DNA of 35,629 bases from Alphaproteobacteria bacterium MarineAlpha5_Bin3 (GCA_002938255.1 PTLB01000002.1:1-35629); one strand, 5' to 3'; positions 9,249 to 21,079 are shown, counted from the stretch's first letter. The notes: generated by a model from the sequence alone, not told the origin. Numbers and translations: made by a program.

Positions 9249-10546
9249 AAATCAGTGAGGGTTTGCTCTAATAAAAAATTTAAGGCTTCTTCAGGTGATA
9301 TTTTCTTGGTTTCATTATTTAATCTATTTTTTAATTGAACAATGTTATCTTTTAAGTCTCGTTTGCCAATAATAACTTGATAAGGAATTCCGATTAAATC
9401 ATTATCAGATAATTTTTTTCCAATGCTGCAATCTCTGTCATCATATAATACATCTAATTTTGAGTTACTTATTTTTTCGTACATTATATTGGACATCTTT
9501 GCACAAGCTTTATCATCTATCATCAAGTTAATTAAGGAAACATGAAATGGTGCGACACTAATTGGCCACTTAATTCCTTTGTCATCATGAAAGGCTTCTA
9601 TTATTGCGCCAACTAATCTCGAAATACCTATGCCATAAGATCCCATATGAACAGCTGTTTTTTTGCCTTTATTGTTTTGAACAAAAGCTGATAATTTTTC
9701 AGAATATTTTGTTCCAAAATAAAAAATATGTCCAACTTCAATACCTTTGGAAATTTTCAGTTGTTCTTTTGAAATTGGGCAATTTTTTTCATCGTGTAAA
9801 CCATCTACTGCAGCATAATATGATTGGAGTTTATCAGGATTAATAGTTTCAGGATCTATCTTTTCTAAATCCTTATCGTAATATAGTGTACTTTCTCCCG
9901 TTTTTGCTAAAATTTGAAATTCATGACTTAAATTACCTCCTATAGATCCAGTTTCAGCTCGTAAAGAAATAGGTGTCAATCCCATTCTTAGAAACGTCTT
10001 AATATAAGCAGTAAACATTTTGTTATAAGATATTTTTGAGTCCTCTTCAGTTAGATCAAAAGAATAATTATCTTTCATCAAAAACTCTCTTCCTCGCATC
10101 ACTCCGAATCTGGGTCTAACCTCATCTCTAAACTTCCACTGAATATGATATAAATTTTTTGGAAGATCTTTATATGAAGTAATGTAAGATTGAAAAATAT
10201 CGGTTATTAATTCTTCATTAGTCGGGCCATATAGCATTTCTCGACCACTGCGATCTTGTATTCTAAGCATTTCTTTTCCATAATCCTCATAGCGACCAGA
10301 TTTGATCCACAAATCTGCAGATTGAATAGTCGGCATTAAGACCTCTATTGCTCCAGCTTTATTTTGCTCATCCCGAACTATGTGTTCAATTTTTTTTAAC
10401 ACTTTTAATCCAAGAGGAAGCCAAGAATATATGCCCGCACTTGCCTGTTTTATCATTCCTGCTCTAATCATTAATTGATGTGAAATAATTTCCGCTTCTG
10501 CCGGTATATTTTTAAGGGTGGGGATAAAAAAACTAGAAAATTTCAT
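9245..10546 (-). CDS. proS: prolyl-tRNA synthetase
   Basis: 433-aa ORF. The N-terminus FIPTLKN.P.EAEIISHQLMIRAGMIKQ.ASGIYSWLPLG is typical of ProRS. The short length is consistent with the form lacking the large editing insertion, which is a length-based inference. Confidence 0.92.
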   Translation of the reverse strand: MKFSSFFIPTLKNIPAEAEIISHQLMIRAGMIKQASAGIYSWLPLGLKVLKKIEHIVRDEQNKAGAIEVLMPTIQSADLWIKSGRYEDYGKEMLRIQDRSGREMLYGPTNEELITDIFQSYITSYKDLPKNLYHIQWKFRDEVRPRFGVMRGREFLMKDNYSFDLTEEDSKISYNKMFTAYIKTFLRMGLTPISLRAETGSIGGNLSHEFQILAKTGESTLYYDKDLEKIDPETINPDKLQSYYAAVDGLHDEKNCPISKEQLKISKGIEVGHIFYFGTKYSEKLSAFVQNNKGKKTAVHMGSYGIGISRLVGAIIEAFHDDKGIKWPISVAPFHVSLINLMIDDKACAKMSNIMYEKISNSKLDVLYDDRDCSIGKKLSDNDLIGIPYQVIIGKRDLKDNIVQLKNRLNNETKKISPEEALNFLLEQTLTDF

Positions 10547-10648
10547 TATTTAAAAATATACTTATATCAATTTAATAAAGATTCAGATTAACATAATTAA
10601 CAAATATTCATCAGTAGCTACAATAACTTTTTGACTGATATATGTCAT

Positions 10649-12322
10649 TTATAGTCGAAAAATATGGAAATTTACTTCGGGTTTCTTATCTAAATGACTT
10701 TTAATTGACAGCCTAATTGATTTTTTAATCAATTTACCAACGAATTGATCGGATGACTTTTTTTCTTCATTTAATTTAAGGTATTCGTATATAAAATTTT
10801 CTTTAAAATCAGTAGTTAACTTTATGATGTCAAATTCTGGTAAACCATTAGATGATATTCTAATATCCTTATGGATTGAAAAATCTTTCTGAATTATTAT
10901 TGATATTAAAATAATTCCTTCAAATGAGTAACGTCTTCGATCTTTAATAAAATTCGATTCTGAATCATAAAGATTGTTACCTTCTACTATCATTTTTCCT
11001 GTCTTAACAAAACCATATATCTCAGGATCATTTGGAGCTAATTTAATACATTTTCCATTTTCTAAAATCTTTGTAAGCGGTACCTGACTCGCCTGAGCCA
11101 ATTTTGCATGGGCTACAAGATGCTTGGCCTCACCATGAACCGGTATTGCAATATATGGCCGTGTCCAATCATACATTTTTTTAATTTCTTCAGCATAGCC
11201 ATGTCCGGAAACATGAACCAAATCATCATCTGAAGTAATGACTTCTACTTTTTGTCTAACCAATAAATTCTTTAAATTATTTATTGGTTTCTCGTTTCCA
11301 GGAATATCTCGCGAACTAAAAATTACCAGATCTTCATTTTCTAGATGTATATGTTTGTGCGAGTTGTATGCAATACGATAAAGTGCAGATCTTTTTTCTC
11401 CTTGACTACCTGTACATATCACTACAAGATTTTCTCTAGGAATGAAGGAAGCTTCTTCTTCAGAAATAAAATTAGGGTGATCCTCAATAATGTTATTATT
11501 AATGGCAGCCTCTATAGTCTTTTTCATGCTTCTTCCAACTAAAGCAACCTTACGGTTATTTTTTTTTGCAGCAATTGCTATACTTTCCATTCTGGCGATA
11601 TTTGAAGAAAAACAAGTTATAACTATTCGTTGATGATATCGTGAAAATAGTTTTATTAATTCTTCACGAACTTCTAATTCAGACTGAGAATATCCAGGAA
11701 TGTCAGCATTAGTTGAATCACCTATAAGCGCAAGCAAACCTTCACTACCGATTTTTTTGAAAGAATTTGTATCAAAGTTAGCTCCTAAAGTTGGATTGTC
11801 ATCTATTTTCCAATCTGCTGTATGAAGCAGTTTTCCGTACTTTGTATTAATAAGAATAGAATAAGGTTCTGGGATTGAATGAGAAGTGGCAATAAATTCT
11901 AAATCAAAATTTTTTAAATGTATATTTTTTATTGGGTCAATGGAAATGAATTGTATTTTATCCATTGAATTAAATTCTTTGAGTCTATTCTCTATTAATG
12001 ATCTTGCAAAACCTGTTGCATAAACAGGACATTTAATTTTATCTGCAAAAAAAGCCACTGCTCCTGCATGATCTTCATGACCGTGGCTTATAATAATAGC
12101 TTCTAATTTATCAGTAATTGAATCTATAAAATCTATTTTTGGAACTAATAAATCAATGCCTGGAAATTTTTCATCAGCAAATGTCAATCCCAAATCGATC
12201 ATTAACCATTTATCATCACAGCAATACAAGTAACAATTCGCCCCAATTTCTCCTATACCGCCTAAAGACATGAAATAAATACCTTTGGTTGGAATTTTAA
12301 ATAAAGAATTGCTATTAAGCAT
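10649..12322 (-). CDS. rnj: ribonuclease J family metallo-beta-lactamase/beta-CASP RNase
   Basis: 557-aa ORF with the HxHxDH motif (SHGHEDHAG), a beta-CASP region and a C-terminal domain. Its length is typical of RNase J. Confidence 0.85.
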   Translation of the reverse strand: MLNSNSLFKIPTKGIYFMSLGGIGEIGANCYLYCCDDKWLMIDLGLTFADEKFPGIDLLVPKIDFIDSITDKLEAIIISHGHEDHAGAVAFFADKIKCPVYATGFARSLIENRLKEFNSMDKIQFISIDPIKNIHLKNFDLEFIATSHSIPEPYSILINTKYGKLLHTADWKIDDNPTLGANFDTNSFKKIGSEGLLALIGDSTNADIPGYSQSELEVREELIKLFSRYHQRIVITCFSSNIARMESIAIAAKKNNRKVALVGRSMKKTIEAAINNNIIEDHPNFISEEEASFIPRENLVVICTGSQGEKRSALYRIAYNSHKHIHLENEDLVIFSSRDIPGNEKPINNLKNLLVRQKVEVITSDDDLVHVSGHGYAEEIKKMYDWTRPYIAIPVHGEAKHLVAHAKLAQASQVPLTKILENGKCIKLAPNDPEIYGFVKTGKMIVEGNNLYDSESNFIKDRRRYSFEGIILISIIIQKDFSIHKDIRISSNGLPEFDIIKLTTDFKENFIYEYLKLNEEKKSSDQFVGKLIKKSIRLSIKSHLDKKPEVNFHIFRL

Positions 12323-13067
12323 ATTTTATTTTGCCAATAAGATACAAGCCATTTAAAGTCAAATTCGGTTCATGTTCAGTTTTTTTTGATATTTCCTTTT
12401 TGAAAATATTAGCTAAGCCCCCAGTTAAAATTATTGCGGGTTTAAATCGCTGTTGCTTAATAATTTTATCTATTACCCCGTTTATTAGACTTATATATCC
12501 CCAATAAAAACCACTTTGCATCGAATCTTTAGTATTTTTACCTATTAAAGTTTTAGTTCTTATTATTGGAATTTTTTTTAATTTGGAAGCATATCTAACC
12601 AGTGCATCATGCGATATAGCAATACCAGGTGCAATAACGCCTCCTTTATATTTATTATTTTTTATTACATCAAATGTGGTAGCTGTACCAAAATCAATAA
12701 TCAAACAATTTTTTCCATATTTTTGTATAGCTGCTAATGTGTTTGCTATTCTATCACTGCCTAATTCTTTGGATTCATAGTTAAATTGCACATCAAAAGG
12801 GATATTGTTAATATTAATATTTAAAACTTTAAATTTTAAAGATTTAAACAGACTTAATATTTTATTATTAATTTCTGGAACAACGGAAGATAAAATACAA
12901 ATTTTATATTTTATTTTTAGTCGATGTATATATTGATTTGTAAATCTTGATTTTATTAATTCAATTGTTTTTTTTGTTTTTGTATTAAATCTTAAAATTT
13001 TATCTAATTTATTTTTAGTATAAATGCCTATGACAATATCAGTATTGCCTATATCTATGACAATCAT
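12315..13067 (-). CDS. coaX: type III pantothenate kinase
   Basis: 250-aa ORF with the MIVIDIGNT phosphate-1 motif and DFGTATTFD. It overlaps birA by 4 nt. Confidence 0.9.
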   Translation of the reverse strand: MIVIDIGNTDIVIGIYTKNKLDKILRFNTKTKKTIELIKSRFTNQYIHRLKIKYKICILSSVVPEINNKILSLFKSLKFKVLNININNIPFDVQFNYESKELGSDRIANTLAAIQKYGKNCLIIDFGTATTFDVIKNNKYKGGVIAPGIAISHDALVRYASKLKKIPIIRTKTLIGKNTKDSMQSGFYWGYISLINGVIDKIIKQQRFKPAIILTGGLANIFKKEISKKTEHEPNLTLNGLYLIGKIKYA

Positions 13068-13813
13068 ATTTGAATTCTTCCGGAATACACGGAAGTCAAA
13101 CCATGTTCATTCTCTAGTTTCAATGAACCATCATTATTAATTCCTTTAAAAATTCCTTTAACAACAGAATTATCTCTAAGTTTAATATGAATTTTCTCTC
13201 CAACAAACATAAGTGATTTTTTATATATATCAATGAATAAATTCTTTTGAGAATTTTGAATTTTATTTAAATTTTCAAAAAATATTTTGTAAAAAAAAAT
13301 TAAAAATTCAGGCACACTCTTAACTTTAGAAAATTCTTTTAAATACGTTGTTGGATATTCAGATAAAATTGGGGATGACTCAACATTTATGCCTAATCCA
13401 ATTATCATATATTGTTTAAAATTTTTTAAACTATGCGTATCCAAAATTATTCCTGCAAATTTTTTGTTATTATAAAAAATATCATTAGGCCACTTGAATT
13501 TAATATCTTTAGTATCAAAATTTTCAAGAGCCATTTTAATGGAAATTGCAGTAATGGCACTAAATATAAAATGATCTTTGATATTGAGAAAATTATTAAC
13601 ACTTATTGAACAATATACATTTCCTTTTGGGCTTTCCCATTTATTTCCTCTCCTACCTTTGCCTTCATATTGTTGATCAGCAAGAACTACGCAATTTCTA
13701 TTATTTTGTTTTATATATTTTTTAGCATTATCCATAGTTGTGGATGTTGATTTAAGATGAATAAATTCATATCCGTAATTGTTTATTATATTTTTTACTT
13801 TAAAAAATGACAT
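13064..13813 (-). CDS. birA: biotin--[acetyl-CoA-carboxylase] ligase (group I, no HTH domain)
   Basis: 249-aa ORF with the GKGRRGNKW loop (GRGRxGRxW type). There is no N-terminal DNA-binding domain. Confidence 0.9.
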   Translation of the reverse strand: MSFFKVKNIINNYGYEFIHLKSTSTTMDNAKKYIKQNNRNCVVLADQQYEGKGRRGNKWESPKGNVYCSISVNNFLNIKDHFIFSAITAISIKMALENFDTKDIKFKWPNDIFYNNKKFAGIILDTHSLKNFKQYMIIGLGINVESSPILSEYPTTYLKEFSKVKSVPEFLIFFYKIFFENLNKIQNSQKNLFIDIYKKSLMFVGEKIHIKLRDNSVVKGIFKGINNDGSLKLENEHGLTSVYSGRIQI

Positions 13814-13816
13814 CAG

Positions 13817-15235
13817 TTACTGAAAAAAATCAAGGCTTATTGTTGTGCCTATAGTCACAAAAACAGAGGGATAAAAAACAAAGAAAGAAAGAAACAGTAT
13901 TGCACAAATTAGTAATACTAATGATTGAGAAGTAATAATTGATTGATAATTACAATCATCTACTTCATCAAAGTACAAAACTTTAATAATTCTCAGGTAA
14001 TAATAAGCTGAAATGACACTAGATATTACTCCAAGAACTGCTAAAAAAATTAAATCAGCTTCTACAGCTGCAATAAATATATAAAATTTACCAAAAAAAC
14101 CCGCAAAAGGAGGTATTCCAGCTAGAGACAACATTATTATTGCTATGGAAAGACTTATAATTGGTTTTGATTTGCTCAATCCGGATAATTCACTTATTTT
14201 TTCAATGTAAGAGTTATTGTTTTTAAGTGATAAAATGATAGAAAAAATTGCGATATTCATAACTACATAAATTAACATATAAATAATAACGCCCTTAATT
14301 CCTGCAGCATTTGCTGAAGCGAGACCTATTAATATGTAGCCAACGTGACCAATTGAGCTGTACGCCAATAATCGTTTAATACTTTGTTGGGCAATTGCTG
14401 CTATAGCACCTAAAAACATGGAGCTAATAGACAAAAAAATAATTATTTGACTCCACTCGCTATAAAAATTGCCAAATGGCTCTAAGCAAAATCTATATAT
14501 TATTGCTACAGCAGATACTTTTGGAACTATTGCAAAAAAAGCTGTGATTGAAGTTGGAGCACCTTCATAAACATCAGGTGTCCACATATGAAAAGGCACA
14601 GCTGACACTTTGAAAGCTAATCCAACCAATACAAAAACAAGGCCAAATATTATACCTAAGCTTAAATGATTGATTGAAATTAAAGATAAGCGAATTTCTT
14701 CAAAATTAGTTGTTCCGGTAAATCCATAAATTAAAGAACATCCATACAACAGAATACCAGAAGATAAAGCACCCAAAACAAAGTATTTAACACCTGATTC
14801 AGCAGATTGGATAGAATCCCTTTTAATTGCAGCAACTACATAAAGTGTTAAACTTTGTAATTCAATTCCTAGATACATTGAAATTAAATCATTCGAAGAA
14901 ATTAATATTAGCATTCCCAAAGTAGAAAATGAAATTAATACTGGTATTTCAAACCGAGAAAGCTTTAGTTCCTCAAAATAAGATTTAGAAATAATAATAC
15001 TTGCTATACTTCCTAAGACAACAATAGATTTAAAAAATTGAATTAATAAAGAGCTCTTAAAAAAATAATTGTAACTAGCAAAAGAAAACTCTCTATTCAA
15101 ATAAATTAAGAAAAATACAAAAAATAATGCAATGACGGAAAGATTGGTAACATTAGAAAAAGAATTTTTTTTTTGAAATAAGCCAATTAATAAAATGATA
15201 GTCGTAAGCAGAACTAAAGTAATTTCAGGCATCAT
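13817..15235 (-). CDS. nuoN: NADH-quinone oxidoreductase subunit N
   Basis: Polytopic antiporter-like ORF and last gene of the nuo operon. The longest ORF runs to 15274 and would overlap nuoM by 23 nt. The MMPEITLVLL start at 15235 matches the usual NuoN N-terminus, so I prefer it. Confidence 0.92.
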   Translation of the reverse strand: MMPEITLVLLTTIILLIGLFQKKNSFSNVTNLSVIALFFVFFLIYLNREFSFASYNYFFKSSLLIQFFKSIVVLGSIASIIISKSYFEELKLSRFEIPVLISFSTLGMLILISSNDLISMYLGIELQSLTLYVVAAIKRDSIQSAESGVKYFVLGALSSGILLYGCSLIYGFTGTTNFEEIRLSLISINHLSLGIIFGLVFVLVGLAFKVSAVPFHMWTPDVYEGAPTSITAFFAIVPKVSAVAIIYRFCLEPFGNFYSEWSQIIIFLSISSMFLGAIAAIAQQSIKRLLAYSSIGHVGYILIGLASANAAGIKGVIIYMLIYVVMNIAIFSIILSLKNNNSYIEKISELSGLSKSKPIISLSIAIIMLSLAGIPPFAGFFGKFYIFIAAVEADLIFLAVLGVISSVISAYYYLRIIKVLYFDEVDDCNYQSIITSQSLVLLICAILFLSFFVFYPSVFVTIGTTISLDFFQ

Positions 15236-15251
15236 AAATATAGCTAGTAAA

Positions 15252-16736
15252 TTATTTTGCATTCGCAAACTCATAATTATTAATAATCAATTCTATTGGC
15301 AAACGCATAGGATCTAAAAAAATATTAGGGAAAATACCTATTAGTATGATCATTATTATCAATGGGTATAAAATAATTTTTTCACGAAAATCTATATCTA
15401 ATATATCTTTCAATTTTACGTTGCTCATCTGTCCAAAAATAATCCTTTTATATAAATATAACATATAAACTGCTGACAATATGATACCTGTTGCGGAGAA
15501 GAGGGCTAATAAAGAACTGTATTTAAAAGCTCCCATAATAATTAAAAATTCTCCAACAAAGCCACTCGTTCCAGGCAGACCCACTGAAGCTAATACAAAA
15601 ATCATAAAAGATACTGAGTAAAGGGGCATATTATTAACTAGCCCTCCATAAAAGCTAATATCTAGAGTATGCATACGATCATAAATTACTCCTACACTCA
15701 AAAAAAGGGCTGCTGAAACTACTCCATGACTGATCATTAGTATTATAGCTCCTTCAATTCCTTGCTGGTTAACAAGAAAAATACCGATCGTCACCATTCC
15801 CATATGTGCTACAGATGAGTAAGCAATTAGTTTTTTGATATCAGTTTGAGCTAGAGCAACTAGGGATGTGTAAATTATTGCAATAATACTCATAATCATA
15901 ATCAAAGGTAAGAAAAACTCAGATGCTTCTGGAAGCATCCCAAGGGAAAAACGAATAAAACCATACCCACCCATTTTTAATAAAACGCCTGCTAAGATAA
16001 CTGACCCTGCTGTTGGGGCTTCAACGTGGGCATCAGGCAACCATGTATGAAAGGGCCACATTGGAATTTTAACTGCAAAAGAGGCAAAAAAAGCTAACCA
16101 TAAATAAATTTGAATATTTTTGGAGAAAAAATTTCCCTGAAGTTCACTGATACTCATAGAATTGGTTAACTGATAAATAAAGATAATTGCAACTAACATG
16201 AGAACAGAACCTAACAAGGTATATAAAAAAAATTTAAACGTGGCGTATATACGTCTTTCTCCTCCCCACACTCCAATAATTAAAAACATAGGAATAAGTA
16301 CGGATTCAAAAAAAATATAAAACAATAATATATCAATTGAAGAAAACATACCTAACAGAACGGTTTCTAAAAAAAGAAATGCCATCATGTATTCTTTAAT
16401 TCTCTTATTAATACTTATCCAACTAGCTAAAATACAAAAAGGGGTTAAAAAAGTACTAAGCAAAATCATAAATAATGAAATTCCATCGACTCCAATATGA
16501 TAGTTAAAATTAAAATCAGTAAACCACTGATGTTTTTCACTTAATTGATATTCAGCGATGGAATTATCGAATTGTAACCAAATCAAACAACTAAAAATAA
16601 ACGTACCAATGGAAGTCAAAAGAGCAGCCCATTTAATATTGCTTAAAGAAGTTTCTTCCTCCTTAATAAAAAAAATGATTGAGGCTCCCAATATAGGTAA
16701 AAAAATTGTTACGGTTAATATGGGCCATTCAGTCAT
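15252..16736 (-). CDS. nuoM: NADH-quinone oxidoreductase subunit M
   Basis: Antiporter-like subunit of about 494 aa. The ORF track starts at a TTG (16751). An ATG at 16734-16736 lies 1 nt after the nuoL stop and gives MTEWPILTV..., so I prefer it. Confidence 0.92.
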   Translation of the reverse strand: MTEWPILTVTIFLPILGASIIFFIKEEETSLSNIKWAALLTSIGTFIFSCLIWLQFDNSIAEYQLSEKHQWFTDFNFNYHIGVDGISLFMILLSTFLTPFCILASWISINKRIKEYMMAFLFLETVLLGMFSSIDILLFYIFFESVLIPMFLIIGVWGGERRIYATFKFFLYTLLGSVLMLVAIIFIYQLTNSMSISELQGNFFSKNIQIYLWLAFFASFAVKIPMWPFHTWLPDAHVEAPTAGSVILAGVLLKMGGYGFIRFSLGMLPEASEFFLPLIMIMSIIAIIYTSLVALAQTDIKKLIAYSSVAHMGMVTIGIFLVNQQGIEGAIILMISHGVVSAALFLSVGVIYDRMHTLDISFYGGLVNNMPLYSVSFMIFVLASVGLPGTSGFVGEFLIIMGAFKYSSLLALFSATGIILSAVYMLYLYKRIIFGQMSNVKLKDILDIDFREKIILYPLIIMIILIGIFPNIFLDPMRLPIELIINNYEFANAK

Positions 16737-16737
16737 A

Positions 16738-18645
16738 TTAGTAATAAACAAACCATGTTAAAATTATAACTAAGCCACCCAACATGACAAAGGCATAATG
16801 GTAGAGATAGCCTGACTGAAACAAGCTTAATCTCTTAGAAAAATAATTGATTAATTTTGAGATGCCGTTTGGTCCATATTCATCTATTATGTAGATATCT
16901 CCTTTTTTCCAAAAAATAGATGCAATATAAAAAAAAGGTTGAACAAAAATACTATTATATAATTCATCTACATACCATTTGTTATAGGATATTAAGTATA
17001 GTAGTTGAAAATTACGAGATAATGATTTTGTTAAACCTTTCTTGTAAAAATACAACATAGCTGCTAACAAAATTCCAGCAGCAACTGTTGATTTTATTGT
17101 CAAGGTTTGAACAAAAGGTATATTGTGTTGTGCCGTATGAATTAAAACTACGGCATGATTCCAAAAAACTTCCTGCTTGGGTCCAATAAAAAAATCAGCA
17201 AGAATTGAACCAGAAAAAATTGTTCCTATTGCGAGAATAGCTAGGGAAATGGTCATTACTTTTGGAGACTCATGAACTTGATTAAAAGTTTCTTCTGTTG
17301 CACGGGGCTTGCCATGAAAAGTCATCAACAAAAGTCGCCAAGAATAAAAAGCTGTCAACAAAGCCGTGAATACTCCTACCACATATGCATATTGTGCCAT
17401 ACCTGAGGTTGAAAAATATGCATTTTCTAAAATGCTTTCCTTCGAATAATAGCCTGAAAAGAAAGGGAAGCCAATTATAGCAAGTGAACCAATCCACATC
17501 ATTGTACCTGTGAAAGGTATTTTTATAAACAACCCTCCCATTTTTCTCATGTCTTGTTCATGTTTCATTGCTTGTATTACAGAACCTGCCGATAAAAATA
17601 ATAAAGCTTTGAAAAATCCATGGGTCATTAAATGAAATATAGCAGCATTGTAAGCTCCTAATCCTGCTGCGAAAAACATATAACCTAATTGACTACAAGT
17701 TGAATATGCAATAACTCTTTTTATATCATTTTGAGTTAAAGCTATACTTGCTGCAAAAATTGCAGTTGAAGCTCCAATAAAAATTATAAATAAATTTGTA
17801 AATTCCGCATACTGAAAAAGTGGACTCATACGAGCCACCATAAAGATACCAGCAGTAACCATAGTAGCAGCATGTATTAATGCGGATACTGGGGTAGGCC
17901 CTTCCATAGCATCTGGCAACCAAGTATGTAGTCCTAATTGAGCGGACTTGCCCATAGCTCCAATAAATAAAAGAAAACACAACGTATCTATTGTTGATAA
18001 ACTTAATCCTAAAAAATTGAATGCGTGATTTTGGTAGTTAATCGCATCTGTAAAGATAATATCGAAATTTATTGATCCAAAAATAAAAAATACCCCAACT
18101 ATTCCAAGGACAAAACCAAAATCTCCTACTCGGTTAAGAATAAATGCCTTGATTGCAGCTTTATTAGCACTATCTTTATGGTGCCAAAAACCAATTAATA
18201 AATAAGAAGATAAACCAACGCCTTCCCAACCAAAAAACATTTGAAGCAAGTTATTACTCGATACTAACATCAACATAAAGAAAGTAAAAAGGCTTAAATA
18301 ACCCATAAATCTGTTAATTGACTTATCTTCATTCATATATCCTACTGAATAAAGATGAACACAAGCTGAAACTGTTGTCACTACAACCATCATAGTTGCA
18401 GTTAATGCATCAACTCTCAGACTCCAATCTGCAGAAAAAGAGCCTGATGTTATCCAGTTCAGGATATGTATAATTGTTGTATTTGCACCTTCTAAATATT
18501 GTAAAAAAATTATCCAAGAAAGAAAAGTAGATATAGTCAGTAAGAACGTAGTAACAAGTTGTGATACACGATCATGAAAATATGATCCGACAAATGCACA
18601 ATATAAAAAACCCAATAATGGCAAAAAAACAATTAATTTTATCAA
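16738..18645 (-). CDS. nuoL: NADH-quinone oxidoreductase subunit L
   Basis: 635-aa antiporter-like subunit with a long C-terminal extension. The apparent TTG start lies 1 nt after the nuoK stop. Confidence 0.93.
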   Translation of the reverse strand: MIKLIVFLPLLGFLYCAFVGSYFHDRVSQLVTTFLLTISTFLSWIIFLQYLEGANTTIIHILNWITSGSFSADWSLRVDALTATMMVVVTTVSACVHLYSVGYMNEDKSINRFMGYLSLFTFFMLMLVSSNNLLQMFFGWEGVGLSSYLLIGFWHHKDSANKAAIKAFILNRVGDFGFVLGIVGVFFIFGSINFDIIFTDAINYQNHAFNFLGLSLSTIDTLCFLLFIGAMGKSAQLGLHTWLPDAMEGPTPVSALIHAATMVTAGIFMVARMSPLFQYAEFTNLFIIFIGASTAIFAASIALTQNDIKRVIAYSTCSQLGYMFFAAGLGAYNAAIFHLMTHGFFKALLFLSAGSVIQAMKHEQDMRKMGGLFIKIPFTGTMMWIGSLAIIGFPFFSGYYSKESILENAYFSTSGMAQYAYVVGVFTALLTAFYSWRLLLMTFHGKPRATEETFNQVHESPKVMTISLAILAIGTIFSGSILADFFIGPKQEVFWNHAVVLIHTAQHNIPFVQTLTIKSTVAAGILLAAMLYFYKKGLTKSLSRNFQLLYLISYNKWYVDELYNSIFVQPFFYIASIFWKKGDIYIIDEYGPNGISKLINYFSKRLSLFQSGYLYHYAFVMLGGLVIILTWFVYY

Positions 18646-18646
18646 G

Positions 18647-18958
18647 TTATCCCTTTAGTTTGCGTATTTTTTCTACTTCAATTGAGCCAAGATTTCTAAA
18701 AAAGACTACCAAGATTGCCAATCCAATTGCTGCTTCCGCTGCAGCAACTGTTAAAGTAAACATTGCAAATATTTGACCCGATATATCGCCAAGAAAACTA
18801 GAAAAGGCAATAAAATTAATATTTACTGCTAGTAAAATCAATTCAACGGACATTAGAATTATAATGACATTTTTCTTGTTAAGAAAAATTCCTAAAACGC
18901 CAATTGTAAATAAAATTGCTCCAAGAAAAAGGAAATGATCTATAGTTATACTTGTCAT
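18647..18958 (-). CDS. nuoK: NADH-quinone oxidoreductase subunit K
   Basis: 103-aa, 3-TM ORF with the conserved [17 protein letters not shown] segment. It overlaps nuoJ by 4 nt. Confidence 0.93.
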   Translation of the reverse strand: MTSITIDHFLFLGAILFTIGVLGIFLNKKNVIIILMSVELILLAVNINFIAFSSFLGDISGQIFAMFTLTVAAAEAAIGLAILVVFFRNLGSIEVEKIRKLKG

Positions 18959-19566
18959 ATTCCTTCTCTTAATTTAATTTTTTTCTTTATAATAGCTTTT
19001 GAAGCGTCGGCATTATTTTGATCCGAAATGATTTGCTTCTTCGATATTTCTCTTTGCCTTAAGGTTAATGTAATGGAACCAATCATCGCAACCAATAATA
19101 TTATCCCTGATATTTGAAAAAGATAAAAATACTTAGTATATAAAACAAATCCCAATAATTTGGTATTTTCAGTAATTGTTATCTCAGGCATTTGCGCATA
19201 CTCAACGAGGCTCATTTCAGAAAATGTCTCAGTAAAAAATGCAATTCCAAGTTCAACAATCAAAACTATTCCAAGCAAAACTCCAAAGGGAAGATATTGT
19301 AAAAAACCCTCACGTAATTTTATATAATTAATGTCTAACATCATAACTACAAATAAAAATAAAACCGCAACAGCGCCTACATAAACAACAAGAAGTATCA
19401 TTGCCAAAAACTCAGCTCCTAACAGAACAAATAGTCCTGCAGCATTAACAAAACTTAAAATTAAAAACAAAACAGAGTGGACGGAGTTTTTTGAACTGAT
19501 AACCATTAGTGCAGACAATACTGCAATTGTTGAAAACAAATAAAATGAAAGAGTATAAATAATCAT
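18955..19566 (-). CDS. nuoJ: NADH-quinone oxidoreductase subunit J
   Basis: 203-aa hydrophobic ORF positioned between nuoI and nuoK. Confidence 0.9.
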   Translation of the reverse strand: MIIYTLSFYLFSTIAVLSALMVISSKNSVHSVLFLILSFVNAAGLFVLLGAEFLAMILLVVYVGAVAVLFLFVVMMLDINYIKLREGFLQYLPFGVLLGIVLIVELGIAFFTETFSEMSLVEYAQMPEITITENTKLLGFVLYTKYFYLFQISGIILLVAMIGSITLTLRQREISKKQIISDQNNADASKAIIKKKIKLREGI

Positions 19567-19569
19567 ATA

Positions 19570-20058
19570 CTAACGGTAAGGCGAATCAGCTTTCAAATTT
19601 TGGGCAATTTCATGTTCCCACTTATCTCCGTTATCAAGAAGTTTAGCTTTATTGTACATTAGTTCTTCTCTTGTCTCTGTAGCAAATTCATAGTTAGGTC
19701 CTTCTACGATCGCATCAACAGGGCAGGACTCTTCGCACAAACCACAGTAAATACATTTACTCATATCGATGTCATATCTTGTTGTTCTACGACTGCCATC
19801 GGATCTTGGCTCAGCCTCAATTGTAATTGCTTGTGCAGGGCAAACTGCTTCACAGAGTTTACAAGCTATGCATCTTTCCTCTCCGTTTGGATATCTTCTT
19901 AAAGCATGCTCTCCTCTAAAACGAGGGCTAAGAGGACTCTTTTCATGAGGATAATTAATCGTCACCTTTGATTTAAACATATATTTAAATGTTAAAAGCA
20001 TTCCTGAAAAAAGTTCAAAAAGAGCAAAAGATTTTATTGCCTTGACTACTGAAAACAT
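19570..20058 (-). CDS. nuoI: NADH-quinone oxidoreductase subunit I
   Basis: Contains two 4Fe-4S ferredoxin motifs, [12 protein letters not shown] and [12 protein letters not shown]. The longest ORF reaches 20079. The ATG at 20056-20058 ([11 protein letters not shown]...) lies 1 nt after the nuoH stop and fits the usual N-terminus. Confidence 0.94.
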   Translation of the reverse strand: MFSVVKAIKSFALFELFSGMLLTFKYMFKSKVTINYPHEKSPLSPRFRGEHALRRYPNGEERCIACKLCEAVCPAQAITIEAEPRSDGSRRTTRYDIDMSKCIYCGLCEESCPVDAIVEGPNYEFATETREELMYNKAKLLDNGDKWEHEIAQNLKADSPYR

Positions 20059-20059
20059 T

Positions 20060-21079
20060 TTAACCAGGCACCATGTCAAAAATTGTTAAAAAACTAGCAG
20101 TTACAACTACCCAAAACAATGATAGCGGCAAAAAAATTTTCCATCCCAATCTCATTAATTGGTCATATCTATAACGAGGAAAAGTTCCTCGAACCCAAAT
20201 AAATAAAAAAAGTATAAAAATAATTTTTGCAGTAAACCAAATTATCCCTGGAACAACGTTAAAAGGGAAAATATCAAAAGGTGGTAACCACCCTCCTAAA
20301 AATAAAATAACTGTCATTGCACTCATTAAAATCATGCTTGCATATTCTGCTAAAAAAAATAGAGCAAACGATGCGGAGGAATATTCAGTAAAAAATCCTG
20401 CTACTAAAGTTGCCTCATCTTCTGGCAAATCAAAAGGCAATCTATTTGTTTCCGCTAATGCAGAAATAAAAAAAACTATAAACATCGGCAATAAAGGAAT
20501 TGCAAACCAAACTGTTGTTTGTGCTTCTACTATTTTTGTTAAATTTAATGAACCTACACACAAAAGAACAGTAATAATAACAAATCCTATAGAAACTTCA
20601 TAAGAAACCATTTGAGCTGCAGAACGAAGGGCACCTAAAAAAGGATATTTGGAATTACTAGCCCATCCAGCCATAATTACTCCATAGATACTTAAAGATG
20701 AGACTGCAAATAAATACATAACACCAACATTTATATCTGAGACAACCCAACCTGGTGCAAATGGAATGACAGCCCAAGCAGCTAAACTTAAAACCATTGT
20801 AATTATAGGGGCAAGAATAAAAACAATTTTATTTGACCCGCTTGGTATAATATTTTCCTTTGTTAGAAGTTTTAATGCATCAGCAAAACTTTGAAGTATG
20901 CCAAAAGGTCCAACAATATTTGGACCTCTTCTTAATTGTATTAATGCTAAAACTTTTCTTTCTGCATACACAAGGAATGCCACAGAAACCAAAACAGGGA
21001 CTATTACTGCCATAATTTGCGCAATAATTATTGAACCTGGAGCTATGATGTCATTCATTAAAGAAAAATCTGAGGTCAT
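20060..21079 (-). CDS. nuoH: NADH-quinone oxidoreductase subunit H
   Basis: 339-aa polytopic ORF with [15 protein letters not shown] (RxGPNxVGxxGxLQ signature). Confidence 0.95.
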   Translation of the reverse strand: MTSDFSLMNDIIAPGSIIIAQIMAVIVPVLVSVAFLVYAERKVLALIQLRRGPNIVGPFGILQSFADALKLLTKENIIPSGSNKIVFILAPIITMVLSLAAWAVIPFAPGWVVSDINVGVMYLFAVSSLSIYGVIMAGWASNSKYPFLGALRSAAQMVSYEVSIGFVIITVLLCVGSLNLTKIVEAQTTVWFAIPLLPMFIVFFISALAETNRLPFDLPEDEATLVAGFFTEYSSASFALFFLAEYASMILMSAMTVILFLGGWLPPFDIFPFNVVPGIIWFTAKIIFILFLFIWVRGTFPRYRYDQLMRLGWKIFLPLSLFWVVVTASFLTIFDMVPG